Shown piece by piece: positions 45,506 through 53,665 of a DNA stretch of 64,000 nucleotides (within the stretch, counting starts at the first letter, position 1; each line of letters starts with the position of its first letter). The DNA comes from an uncultured Gammaproteobacteria bacterium. GTDB taxonomy: Bacteria; Patescibacteriota; Patescibacteriia; XYB2-FULL-38-15. The notes under the pieces were generated by a model. It was not told where the DNA came from and ran no database searches. It worked only from the letters and a program-made list of their open reading frames with translations. Where the stretch lies: the NCBI GenBank assembly GCA_965231095.1, contig OZ246416.1:436380-500379 (forward strand). Direction: 5' to 3'. Made by a program: the position numbers and the translations under genes.

Positions 45506-47638
45506 ATGACCCTCAGATTACCTTATTGTATCATCATTTCTTTGATTTTAATAGTCGGCTTGCTCGGCAATTTTTTCCTTTGGGAAAGCCCGCTGGTCGG
45601 CCTAACTTTCGGTCCGGCCTACCTTATTTTCTTCGGTTTTCTTTTGGGTTTTATTCTCTTCCGCGGCCGCCCCGATCTTTTCAAATTTCTCTACGGCCTT
45701 CTCTTTCTTTTAGCCGGCCTCTCTCTTTTCGGCGCCCTGATTTATTTTTTTTATAAATTGAATACTCTGGCACTAGGGACACTTGTTCTTCTGCCGCCTT
45801 TTGTTTTGCTTCCATTCCTGCGTTTCGGCAATCATCCTGAATCAGAAAAACATTTTAATCCTGTCCAAATCAACCCCCATATTTTGCGAACAACGTTTCT
45901 TCTGGCGGCGTTTATCTTTTTAACAGTTTTAAACGTACGCCATCTTTTGGCTCTGGGCACTGTTGAAGCTATCCGCAGCCCTTGGAAAATTTTGCCCTTT
46001 GATTTTTTTCTGACTTATGGCGCGGCAACCATTGTCCTTTTATATTTTGTTTTAAAAAGCCAAAAAGAAGGGCTGAATTTAATTTTAATTTCCGCGCATA
46101 CTTTTTTAACCGTGGCGCTTGCCCTTTTTGTTTATCGTATCGGCTACGGTTTTGATCCGTTCATTCACCAAGCCACGGAGAAAATTATTCTGGCGCAAGG
46201 TTTTATTTTGCCAAAACCATTTTATTACCTCGGCCAATATTCTCTTGTCGTTTTCTTGGCAAAAATTTTCCACACTTCGGTTGTTTGGGTTGACCGGCTC
46301 CTTCTTCCAATTTTAATTTCCACTTTTTTGCCGGCCACGGCCTATTTTTCCATCCGGCCATACACCGATCGAACCAAAACTCCCGGCGCAAGCTTAGCGG
46401 CCCTTCTTCTTTTTCTCCTACCTTTCACCTCTTTTCTCGCCACCACTCCGCAAGGCCTGGCCAATTTTTTTCTTTTGATAATAATTTTCTTTGCTGTCCT
46501 CGCCCTACGACGAGAATTTTCTATTTCCGCCCTTTGGTTTTTGGGTTTTACCGCGCTCCTCATCCATCCTCTGGCCGGCCTGCCCGCGCTTATATTTTTA
46601 TTTCTCCTCACGGTTTTTACTTTTTTTAAAAAACAACAAGGCATTTTTGAATTTGTCCGCCACGTTGTTTTTATAATGAGCACTCTTCTTGCCGCCGTTG
46701 CCATCCCCTTGGTATTTCTCGCGGCGATTTTATTTTTCAAGGGACCCTCCGCGATAATTTCTATCAAAACAATTGAGGGCGCGGATAATTTTCTCTCGGC
46801 TCTCGGCTGGTCTGTACCGTTTTTAGTTGATCACTTCCGGCCGCTCTTTGACTTGGCTTACACTTACGGACAAAATATTCCTTTTCTTCTCTTGCTCGTC
46901 GGCTTTGGCGGATATTTTATTCTCCGAAAAAATTTACCGTCTATTTTAGTTTACATCACCGCTTTTTTTGCCTTAATCACCAATTACGTTTTAATAAAAC
47001 TCTTTGCCGATTTTCCCTCGCTCATAAAATACGAGCAAGGAATTTTTCCCGGCCGCATTTTAGAAATCAGTTTTTATTTTTTAATTCCTCTTTTTCTCTT
47101 CGCTCTCTACAAATTTTTTGAAAAATTAATGGAAGGCAAAAGCCGCGGGCTGAAATTATTTTTCATTTTAATTTTTTCCATATTTTTAACTTTTTCATTT
47201 TACTATTCTTATCCCAAAGACGACGGCGAAGATTATCCGATTGACCGCGGCTATTCTGTTTCCCTTTTTGATTTAAACGCGGTCAAGAAAATTGACTCTG
47301 ACGCCGCCGGCGCGGACTATATTGTTTTAGCCAATCAAAGTGTTTCCGCCGCGGCAGTCAAAGAATTTGGATTTAATAAATATTTTGGCCCATACTTTTA
47401 TTATCCAATTCCCACCGGTGATCCGCTTTACCAATATTATCTGAAGATGGTTTACGCGCCGCCAACTCGCGCCACTGTCGCTGAAGCAACAAAATTGACC
47501 GGCGTTCGCCTTGTCTACTTTGTCTTAAATAAATATTGGACCGATTCGGAAAAAATTTTAGAAGCCGCCCGCCCCACCGCCGACGAAATTTTGGAAATTG
47601 GGAATGGAAGGATTTGGATTTTCAAATATCAGTTTTAA
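45506..47638 (+). CDS. Polytopic membrane protein, probable GT-C fold
   Basis: Many TM helices; GFDPFIHQ loop, HP motif, soluble C-terminal tail. Confidence 0.6.
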   Translation: MTLRLPYCIIISLILIVGLLGNFFLWESPLVGLTFGPAYLIFFGFLLGFILFRGRPDLFKFLYGLLFLLAGLSLFGALIYFFYKLNTLALGTLVLLPPFVLLPFLRFGNHPESEKHFNPVQINPHILRTTFLLAAFIFLTVLNVRHLLALGTVEAIRSPWKILPFDFFLTYGAATIVLLYFVLKSQKEGLNLILISAHTFLTVALALFVYRIGYGFDPFIHQATEKIILAQGFILPKPFYYLGQYSLVVFLAKIFHTSVVWVDRLLLPILISTFLPATAYFSIRPYTDRTKTPGASLAALLLFLLPFTSFLATTPQGLANFFLLIIIFFAVLALRREFSISALWFLGFTALLIHPLAGLPALIFLFLLTVFTFFKKQQGIFEFVRHVVFIMSTLLAAVAIPLVFLAAILFFKGPSAIISIKTIEGADNFLSALGWSVPFLVDHFRPLFDLAYTYGQNIPFLLLLVGFGGYFILRKNLPSILVYITAFFALITNYVLIKLFADFPSLIKYEQGIFPGRILEISFYFLIPLFLFALYKFFEKLMEGKSRGLKLFFILIFSIFLTFSFYYSYPKDDGEDYPIDRGYSVSLFDLNAVKKIDSDAAGADYIVLANQSVSAAAVKEFGFNKYFGPYFYYPIPTGDPLYQYYLKMVYAPPTRATVAEATKLTGVRLVYFVLNKYWTDSEKILEAARPTADEILEIGNGRIWIFKYQF

Positions 47639-47648
47639 AAAAAATAAT

Positions 47649-47681
47649 AAAACGCCAGAAAATAATCACCGGCGTTTTTTT
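47649..47681 (+). terminator. Terminator directly before a TTGACA box (47683)
   Basis: aaaacgcc..ggcgtttttt. Confidence 0.65.
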
Positions 47682-47738
47682 ATTGACAAAAAATAAAATA
47701 AATGATTAAATAATGAGTCACCAACAAAGGAGGGCTTG

Positions 47739-48038
47739 ATGACCAACAAAGAGAAGGCCAAGATGGAAGACATTCTGATGCGGCACTTGGAGGAAGACGA
47801 CCGTCTTTGCCCGATCGCCGAAGCAATGCCCGGCGACTACGTCACCGTAGTGCTTCCCTACAAGCTTTTGTGGGCTTTCCGCGTGAACATCGCTCGCCAC
47901 GCGATCGTGCGCAAGCGCGACTTGTCTCGGCCCGACGACGGAGTGGAGATCGAACTTCTGAACGACCGGGCCGAAACCGATCAGCTTCCCCTGGACTATC
48001 CGTGTTTCGTGACGCCGCCTGCGACCGACGAGGAATAA
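47739..48038 (+). CDS. GC-rich orphan hypothetical protein
   Basis: SD AAGGAGG at 47727-47733; TTGACA upstream; terminator gccacca/tggtggc plus Ts downstream. Confidence 0.65.
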   Translation: MTNKEKAKMEDILMRHLEEDDRLCPIAEAMPGDYVTVVLPYKLLWAFRVNIARHAIVRKRDLSRPDDGVEIELLNDRAETDQLPLDYPCFVTPPATDEE

Positions 48039-48098
48039 CAACAAAAAACCGCCGGAAAATCCGACGGCCGCCCGCCACCAGCTCAATGGTGGCTTTTT

Positions 48099-49283
48099 TT
48101 ATAATCCTACAATTTTTTCAATATAATTTTCAATTTTAAAATTTTCCACCGACTTTACGGCGGCTGGCCGAATTTTTTGTAATTCATCGCGCGAAGTGGC
48201 GGCGTGTTTTAAGGCGCGCGACAAATCTTCCGCATTTCCGACATTAAATGTAAAACCATTTTCACCATCTTTTACAAGTTCCGCCACTCCCCCGATTTTT
48301 GCGGCCAAGACCGGCACGCCGGCGGCTAAACTTTCGTAAATCACGGCTGGTGAGTTTTCGTAGCAAAGTGAGGGAACAACAGTCAAATCAACCTGATTAA
48401 AATTTTCCGCTACTTCTTTGCCGATTAATTTTCCGTGAATCACGAATCGCGGATCATCACCGACCATTTTTTTTAACTCTTCCATTTTAGATCCGTCACC
48501 GGCGATATGAAGTTTAAAATCAAAATCACATTTTTTCAAAACTTCTACCAAAAGAAAAATTCCTTTGTGTTCCTCTATTAAACCAAGGTAAAGAAGTTTT
48601 AAAATACTGTTGTCCATCGGCATTCCCGCCGGATAAATCCGCTCTACCGGATTTGGCAGTACCACCTTTTTTGATTTTTTAAAAAATCCTTTGGACGCGT
48701 AAAAATCCAAAAGCCATTTTGATGGCGAAACAACAACGTCGGGCGAAGCAAAAAGGCGTCGGCACGCCGCTTCATAGAGTTTACGAAGCCATGTTCGCTG
48801 CTCCCAATTTTTTTCTCGGCCGGAAATAATCAAGCCGCTCGGCACGGCGAGTTGCACGTCGTGGAGCGTGTGAATATGTTTAATGCCGAGTTTGCAAATC
48901 GCGCGCGGAATTTCAAATCCTATACCCATCAAATTATGTGTCAAAACTAAATCCGGCTTTTCGGACCGCAAAATATTTTTCACTGATCTTCGGCTCTGGC
49001 AATTGAACATATCAAAAAAGTGCCAGACAAGCCGCGCTAACGCATTATGTTTGTGACCATTTAAATAATAAAAAATATTTGCCGGATAAAATCGATAAGT
49101 TTTTAAGCCATTTTCTTCGGCGGCAACCGGTTTTAACGACGCCCACCCGCCCCAGGGTTTTGTAGAAATAACAAAAACTTCATGGCCAGCAGATTTTAAA
49201 CCCCGCGCCACGCGTTCAGCCACTCTTTCCGCTCCCCCGCGAAAAATCGGCGGAAATAAATTTGAAATTATGCAAATTTTCAT
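48099..49283 (-). CDS. GT4 family glycosyltransferase
   Basis: GGAE, HTLHD, PSLCYENSP.VIYES. Confidence 0.9.
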   Translation of the reverse strand: MKICIISNLFPPIFRGGAERVAERVARGLKSAGHEVFVISTKPWGGWASLKPVAAEENGLKTYRFYPANIFYYLNGHKHNALARLVWHFFDMFNCQSRRSVKNILRSEKPDLVLTHNLMGIGFEIPRAICKLGIKHIHTLHDVQLAVPSGLIISGREKNWEQRTWLRKLYEAACRRLFASPDVVVSPSKWLLDFYASKGFFKKSKKVVLPNPVERIYPAGMPMDNSILKLLYLGLIEEHKGIFLLVEVLKKCDFDFKLHIAGDGSKMEELKKMVGDDPRFVIHGKLIGKEVAENFNQVDLTVVPSLCYENSPAVIYESLAAGVPVLAAKIGGVAELVKDGENGFTFNVGNAEDLSRALKHAATSRDELQKIRPAAVKSVENFKIENYIEKIVGL

Positions 49284-49284
49284 T

Positions 49285-50397
49285 TTATTTCTGAAAATAT
49301 TTTTTCAACTCTTCCCCCACTTTTTTCAAATCATATTTTTCCAAAACTATTTCTCGGCCGTGCCTGCCAAAATCTTTGGCCGCCTCAGGATTATCCAAAA
49401 AGTAATTTATTTTTTCCGCCAGTTCCTTGGCATTGCCCGGAGAAAAAGTAAAACCACTTACCCCATATTCAATAACACTTCTCACGCCCGGCAAATTTGA
49501 AGCGATAATCGGCTTGGCGCAAGAGGCCGCTTCAATCAAAACTATGCCAAATGCTTCAGACCCGTCAAGCGACGGCAAAACCACAACATCAGCCAAATTA
49601 TAATAGTTTGGCAAGTCTTCCCCGCCGACCACTCCGGCAAAAATTATTTGATCTTTTAAATTTAATTCTTCTGCCATTTTTTCGTAATGCGCACGAAGAT
49701 CTCCATCGCCCACCACCAAAATTTTGGCGGCCGGAACCATGGCCTTGGCTTTAATCAAAACTTCTAAGCCCTTAAAATAATGCGCTCGATCCAACCCGCC
49801 GACAAATAAAATAGTTCGGCCGGCGGTAAGGTTAAATTTTTTAATAAGTTCTGCTCGCGGCTCGGCGGGGGAAAATTTTTCCGCATCTACGCCAAAAGGA
49901 ATTTCAACAAATTTCTCCGAATTTTTTTCTAAAATATCTTTAACATTGGAGTTTTTCGCATAGTCCAGAGATGAAACAATAATTTTATCTGCTCGCCCTA
50001 AAATTTTTGGCATCCAGTTTTTTGTATGCCAGCGGAATAATTTTCCAAGCCAACCGCTCCCCACGACGTCGTGATGATAAGTTATTATCAATTTAAATTT
50101 TCCTTTCACCACTTCCGCACCTCCAAAAAATGGATAGTGCAGATGAACCGCGTCGAAACTTTTTAATTTCCACCAAAGCTGCGGCAAAAAAGCCGCGTTA
50201 CCATATCTAAAAAACGGCCTCAAACGAAAGAGGCGAAAATTATTTTCCTTTTCTTCTTTTTTCTCTTCCGGACGGCGCGGAACAAAAACCGTCACCTCGT
50301 GGCCGCGGCGCGCCAATTCTCTGGCCTCGGTGTACGCCGCCGTTCCGATCCCGCCGCGATACGGCGGAAAAACCGGTGAGACAATCGCAATTTTCAT
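49285..50397 (-). CDS. GT4 family glycosyltransferase
   Basis: PPYRGGIG, HYFKG, SEAFGIVLIEA. Confidence 0.9.
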   Translation of the reverse strand: MKIAIVSPVFPPYRGGIGTAAYTEARELARRGHEVTVFVPRRPEEKKEEKENNFRLFRLRPFFRYGNAAFLPQLWWKLKSFDAVHLHYPFFGGAEVVKGKFKLIITYHHDVVGSGWLGKLFRWHTKNWMPKILGRADKIIVSSLDYAKNSNVKDILEKNSEKFVEIPFGVDAEKFSPAEPRAELIKKFNLTAGRTILFVGGLDRAHYFKGLEVLIKAKAMVPAAKILVVGDGDLRAHYEKMAEELNLKDQIIFAGVVGGEDLPNYYNLADVVVLPSLDGSEAFGIVLIEAASCAKPIIASNLPGVRSVIEYGVSGFTFSPGNAKELAEKINYFLDNPEAAKDFGRHGREIVLEKYDLKKVGEELKKYFQK

Positions 50398-50400
50398 AAC

Positions 50401-51459
50401 TTACCAAAAAATTAACTGACGAACTATTTTCCAATAAACATTCAAAATCGGATTAACAATATATTTTAAAATCGGATTGGCAATCTCCTGAAATTCTAAT
50501 TTACCGACGATCAATTTTGCCAACTGCCTGTCCGACACCTTCTTTATCTTTGCCTTAGCATTTTTATTTTTAATCATTCGCTGCCAATTTCTCCAATGAA
50601 AAAAATATCCGTAGACTTTTAGTTTTGTCACAAATAGTCCGCGAAGCGCCGCATAAAAAAGCATTCCCAATTCCATAACTAAAAATGGCAAAAAAATCAA
50701 AATCAAAGTACCGATTCTAAAATTTTCAAATAACATAATCAGCCGATTCCGTTCCATATAATAAAACTGTAAAATGCTCCGAGAAAACTGATATTTATGA
50801 AACATCAATGATTTTTCCGCCAAAATTATTTTGTATCCCGCTTGCCGGATGCGCCATGACAAATCAGTATCCTCGTGATACATGAAAAATTCCCGGTCAA
50901 AAATTCCGACCTCGCGTAAAACTCGCGCGGGATATAAAACTGACGCGCCCGAAGCGTAAAAGAAATCGTTGGCTACCGGATATTTTATGTTGGATGCCAC
51001 CTCTCCATATCCACGGCAAAATCCAAAACCCAAAAAATGCAGCTCGTTCCCGAGCGAATTAATTTTATCTTTTTCCGGATAAAGGCGGATCAAAGATTGC
51101 ACCGCGCCGACATTTTTATCCGCCTCGGCCGCCTCAACCAATTCGCGAAGCCAATCGGGATCGGCAATCGTGTCCATATTAAAAAGAACTATATAATCAT
51201 AGTTCGCACCAAGCGCCGCCTCCATCGCTAAATTATTTCCTAAAGCAAAACCTGAGTTTTTTTCTTCCAAAATAATTTCCGCTTCCGGCGCAGTTTCGCG
51301 TAAATATTTTTCCGTCTCCGGCGTCGTCGCGTTATCAACTATAAAAATCTTAAAGCTATCCTTGGGATAGCTTTGTGCTCGTAGGCTCGCGATGCATTCC
51401 GGCAGATATTTTTTCGCGTAGTCTTTATAATTTATGAGAATTACGGCAACTTTTGGCAT
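50401..51459 (-). CDS. GT2 family glycosyltransferase
   Basis: VDNA, NMD, FFMYHEDTDLSWR. Confidence 0.9.
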   Translation of the reverse strand: MPKVAVILINYKDYAKKYLPECIASLRAQSYPKDSFKIFIVDNATTPETEKYLRETAPEAEIILEEKNSGFALGNNLAMEAALGANYDYIVLFNMDTIADPDWLRELVEAAEADKNVGAVQSLIRLYPEKDKINSLGNELHFLGFGFCRGYGEVASNIKYPVANDFFYASGASVLYPARVLREVGIFDREFFMYHEDTDLSWRIRQAGYKIILAEKSLMFHKYQFSRSILQFYYMERNRLIMLFENFRIGTLILIFLPFLVMELGMLFYAALRGLFVTKLKVYGYFFHWRNWQRMIKNKNAKAKIKKVSDRQLAKLIVGKLEFQEIANPILKYIVNPILNVYWKIVRQLIFW

Positions 51460-51473
51460 AAACCAACTTAAAT

Positions 51474-51833
51474 CTAAGTTTTTTCCTTAATCACATTCCG
51501 CTTATTATTTTCCACCTCATCTTTCATCGCCACGGTTCTGACGACTTTGGTAATATTTCTTTCAATTTTTTCGATTTTAATCGTCATCTGAAAAATAATG
51601 TAAAAAATCAAAACGATGGAGAGATAAACAATCAAATCGGCGCCGCGGCCCACCCCGACAAGCTCGGCCAAAAAACTTGTTGTGTCGGGCAACAAAATTA
51701 TTAATCCCACCACAAACCAAAAGCCAATCCAAAAAACGACATCCTTTGAAGCTAAAATCCCTTGCTTCCATTTTATCACCACTCGATAAATGATGAGCAA
51801 AATCAAAAAACTCAAAAAATACTGAATAAGCAT
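51474..51833 (-). CDS. DUF2304-family membrane protein
   Basis: GVGRGADL motif, three TM helices, ITKVVR..A; next to a DPM-like GT2. Confidence 0.85.
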   Translation of the reverse strand: MLIQYFLSFLILLIIYRVVIKWKQGILASKDVVFWIGFWFVVGLIILLPDTTSFLAELVGVGRGADLIVYLSIVLIFYIIFQMTIKIEKIERNITKVVRTVAMKDEVENNKRNVIKEKT

Positions 51834-51873
51834 AACATTAACTTTTAACAGTTAACAATTAACATTTAACTTT
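51833..51873. repeat. 7-nt array filling the intergenic gap
   Basis: taacat taacttt taacagt taacaat taacatt taacttt. Confidence 0.8.
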
Positions 51874-52538
51874 TATTTTATTGATCTTCCTAAAAATAAA
51901 TCAAATAAAATTTTTAAATAATCAGGCAGGCGCTGGCCGCGGCGAATTTGCGGGGAAAAATATTTTACTGTCACCGGAACTTCCTCGTAGCGCAAACAAT
52001 GGTGGCCGATTTTTTCTAAAATTTCCGAGGCGTGCGCCATGCGGTTTTGTTCAATTGTAATTTTCTCCGCCGCTTCGCGCGAAAAAGCCCGGAAACCATT
52101 ATGAGTGTCAGACAAATTCAGTCCGGAAGTTAACCGGGTAAAAATTGTTGCGCCTTTCAAAAAAAATTTCTTAACCAAAGGAATTTCCGATTTCATAAAA
52201 CGCGCTCCCAAAACAACATCAGCTCGACCTTCCGCCACCGGCCGAACAACATTGTTAATTTCTTCCGCGACAAATTGCCCATCCGCGTCGTAAGTCACAA
52301 TAACATCGGCCTGGCGCAAAAGCGCAATTTTTTTCCCGGTTTCGAGCGCCGCTCCCTGGCCGCGATTTAGAAAATGGGAATAAACAATCGCGCCCGCCCT
52401 TTTGGCGTGCTCCATTGTGTGATCCGCCGAACCATCATCAACCACTACAACTTCCGTCACATACTTTTGCACCTCCATCACAACGTCGGCGATTGTTCTT
52501 TCCTCGTTGTAAGCGGGAATTATCGCAATTGTTTTCAT
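51873..52538 (-). CDS. DPM1-like polyprenol-phosphate glycosyltransferase (GT2)
   Basis: IPAYNEE, VDDGS, N.GQGAA, DADGQ, DTHNGFR; probable start MKTIA. Confidence 0.88.
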   Translation of the reverse strand: MKTIAIIPAYNEERTIADVVMEVQKYVTEVVVVDDGSADHTMEHAKRAGAIVYSHFLNRGQGAALETGKKIALLRQADVIVTYDADGQFVAEEINNVVRPVAEGRADVVLGARFMKSEIPLVKKFFLKGATIFTRLTSGLNLSDTHNGFRAFSREAAEKITIEQNRMAHASEILEKIGHHCLRYEEVPVTVKYFSPQIRRGQRLPDYLKILFDLFLGRSIK

Positions 52539-52557
52539 ACCAAAATTACTCAATTTT

Positions 52558-53583
52558 TTATCTCTCGTCAACCATCCCCTGCTGGCGAAGAAGCGGTTTA
52601 TAGGCTTGCGTGTAATCAATTGTTTTTTTCAAACCGTCCTCAAGCCGAACGAGCGGCACCCAACCAAGCATCTCTTTCGCCCGGCTTGTATCGGGCAAAC
52701 CAAGCGCCGTCATAAAAAGCAATGGTTTTTCAAAAACTATTTTTGCTTCAGAACCGGTCATGGAAATAATTTTATTTGCCACCTCAACCAATTTCAAATC
52801 TTCATTGCTGCCCAAATTAACCGGCCCAATATCGGCCGGCGCGGCCATAAGCTTCACTAACCCGGAGATGACATCATCAACATAGCAAAGCGAAGTGGAA
52901 AAATTTTCGTCGCCGTAAATAATTAAATCCTTATTATCCAGAGCGTCAATAATAAAATCCGGAACCATTTCTCCGTCAAACAATCTTTCTCGCGGGCCAT
53001 AGGTTCTAAAAATTCTCGCGATTTTTGCGTCCAAATCATGCATCTGGCGGTAGGTTTCCACCATCGTTTCGGCGAATCTTTTCCCCTCGTCATAAGAACC
53101 TCGCGGCGTGAGATGATTTACGCAACCAAGCGTGTCTTCCTTAAAAAATTCCTTATCCTCTTGCCGCGGACCATAAACCACAGATGATGAAGCATGCACC
53201 ACTTTTGCCTTATATTTAACCGCCAAATCCAAAATATTTTTCATTCCTATGGAATTGGCCGCGAGCGTGGCCGCCCTAAATTCATCAAAATTTTTCGCCG
53301 AAGTTGGACAAGCTAAATGATAAATCTCCGCCACTCCTTCAAATTTTACTTTAAAGCGCTCCAATTCCGGAAAAGTTTCCAGATCAATGGACTCCGAAAT
53401 GTCATGTTTAATAAAAACAAAATCCGGATGTTGAAGCAGAAAATCAATGTTTGAAACATTACCGGTGGAAAAATTATCTAAACAAATTACCCGGCTGGTT
53501 TTAATTAATTTTTCACAAAGATGCGAGCCGATAAATCCGGCGCCGCCCGTAACCAAAACATTTTTTTTCTCAAGGTTTTCCAT
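52558..53583 (-). CDS. UDP-glucuronate decarboxylase-like NAD-dependent epimerase/dehydratase
   Basis: TGGAGFIGSHL, YHLACP, YDEGKR.AE, RIF.TYGPR. Confidence 0.85.
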   Translation of the reverse strand: MENLEKKNVLVTGGAGFIGSHLCEKLIKTSRVICLDNFSTGNVSNIDFLLQHPDFVFIKHDISESIDLETFPELERFKVKFEGVAEIYHLACPTSAKNFDEFRAATLAANSIGMKNILDLAVKYKAKVVHASSSVVYGPRQEDKEFFKEDTLGCVNHLTPRGSYDEGKRFAETMVETYRQMHDLDAKIARIFRTYGPRERLFDGEMVPDFIIDALDNKDLIIYGDENFSTSLCYVDDVISGLVKLMAAPADIGPVNLGSNEDLKLVEVANKIISMTGSEAKIVFEKPLLFMTALGLPDTSRAKEMLGWVPLVRLEDGLKKTIDYTQAYKPLLRQQGMVDER

Positions 53584-53591
53584 ATTTTCAC

Positions 53592-53663
53592 GAGAACAAG
53601 ATAACAAGATAACACGAAAACGATTTTGTTATTTTGTTATTTTGCCGTTTTGTTATTTTGATA
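53592..53663. repeat. Two 8-nt arrays in inverted orientation
   Basis: gagaacaa gataacaa gataacac.. / attttgtt attttgtt attttgcc gttttgtt attttgat. Confidence 0.8.
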
Positions 53664-53665
53664 AA

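Noticed and set aside
50971-50998. Possible heptamer array inside the GT2 gene (VASNIKYPVA)
   Set aside because: Only four very degenerate units; cannot be told from chance by eye.
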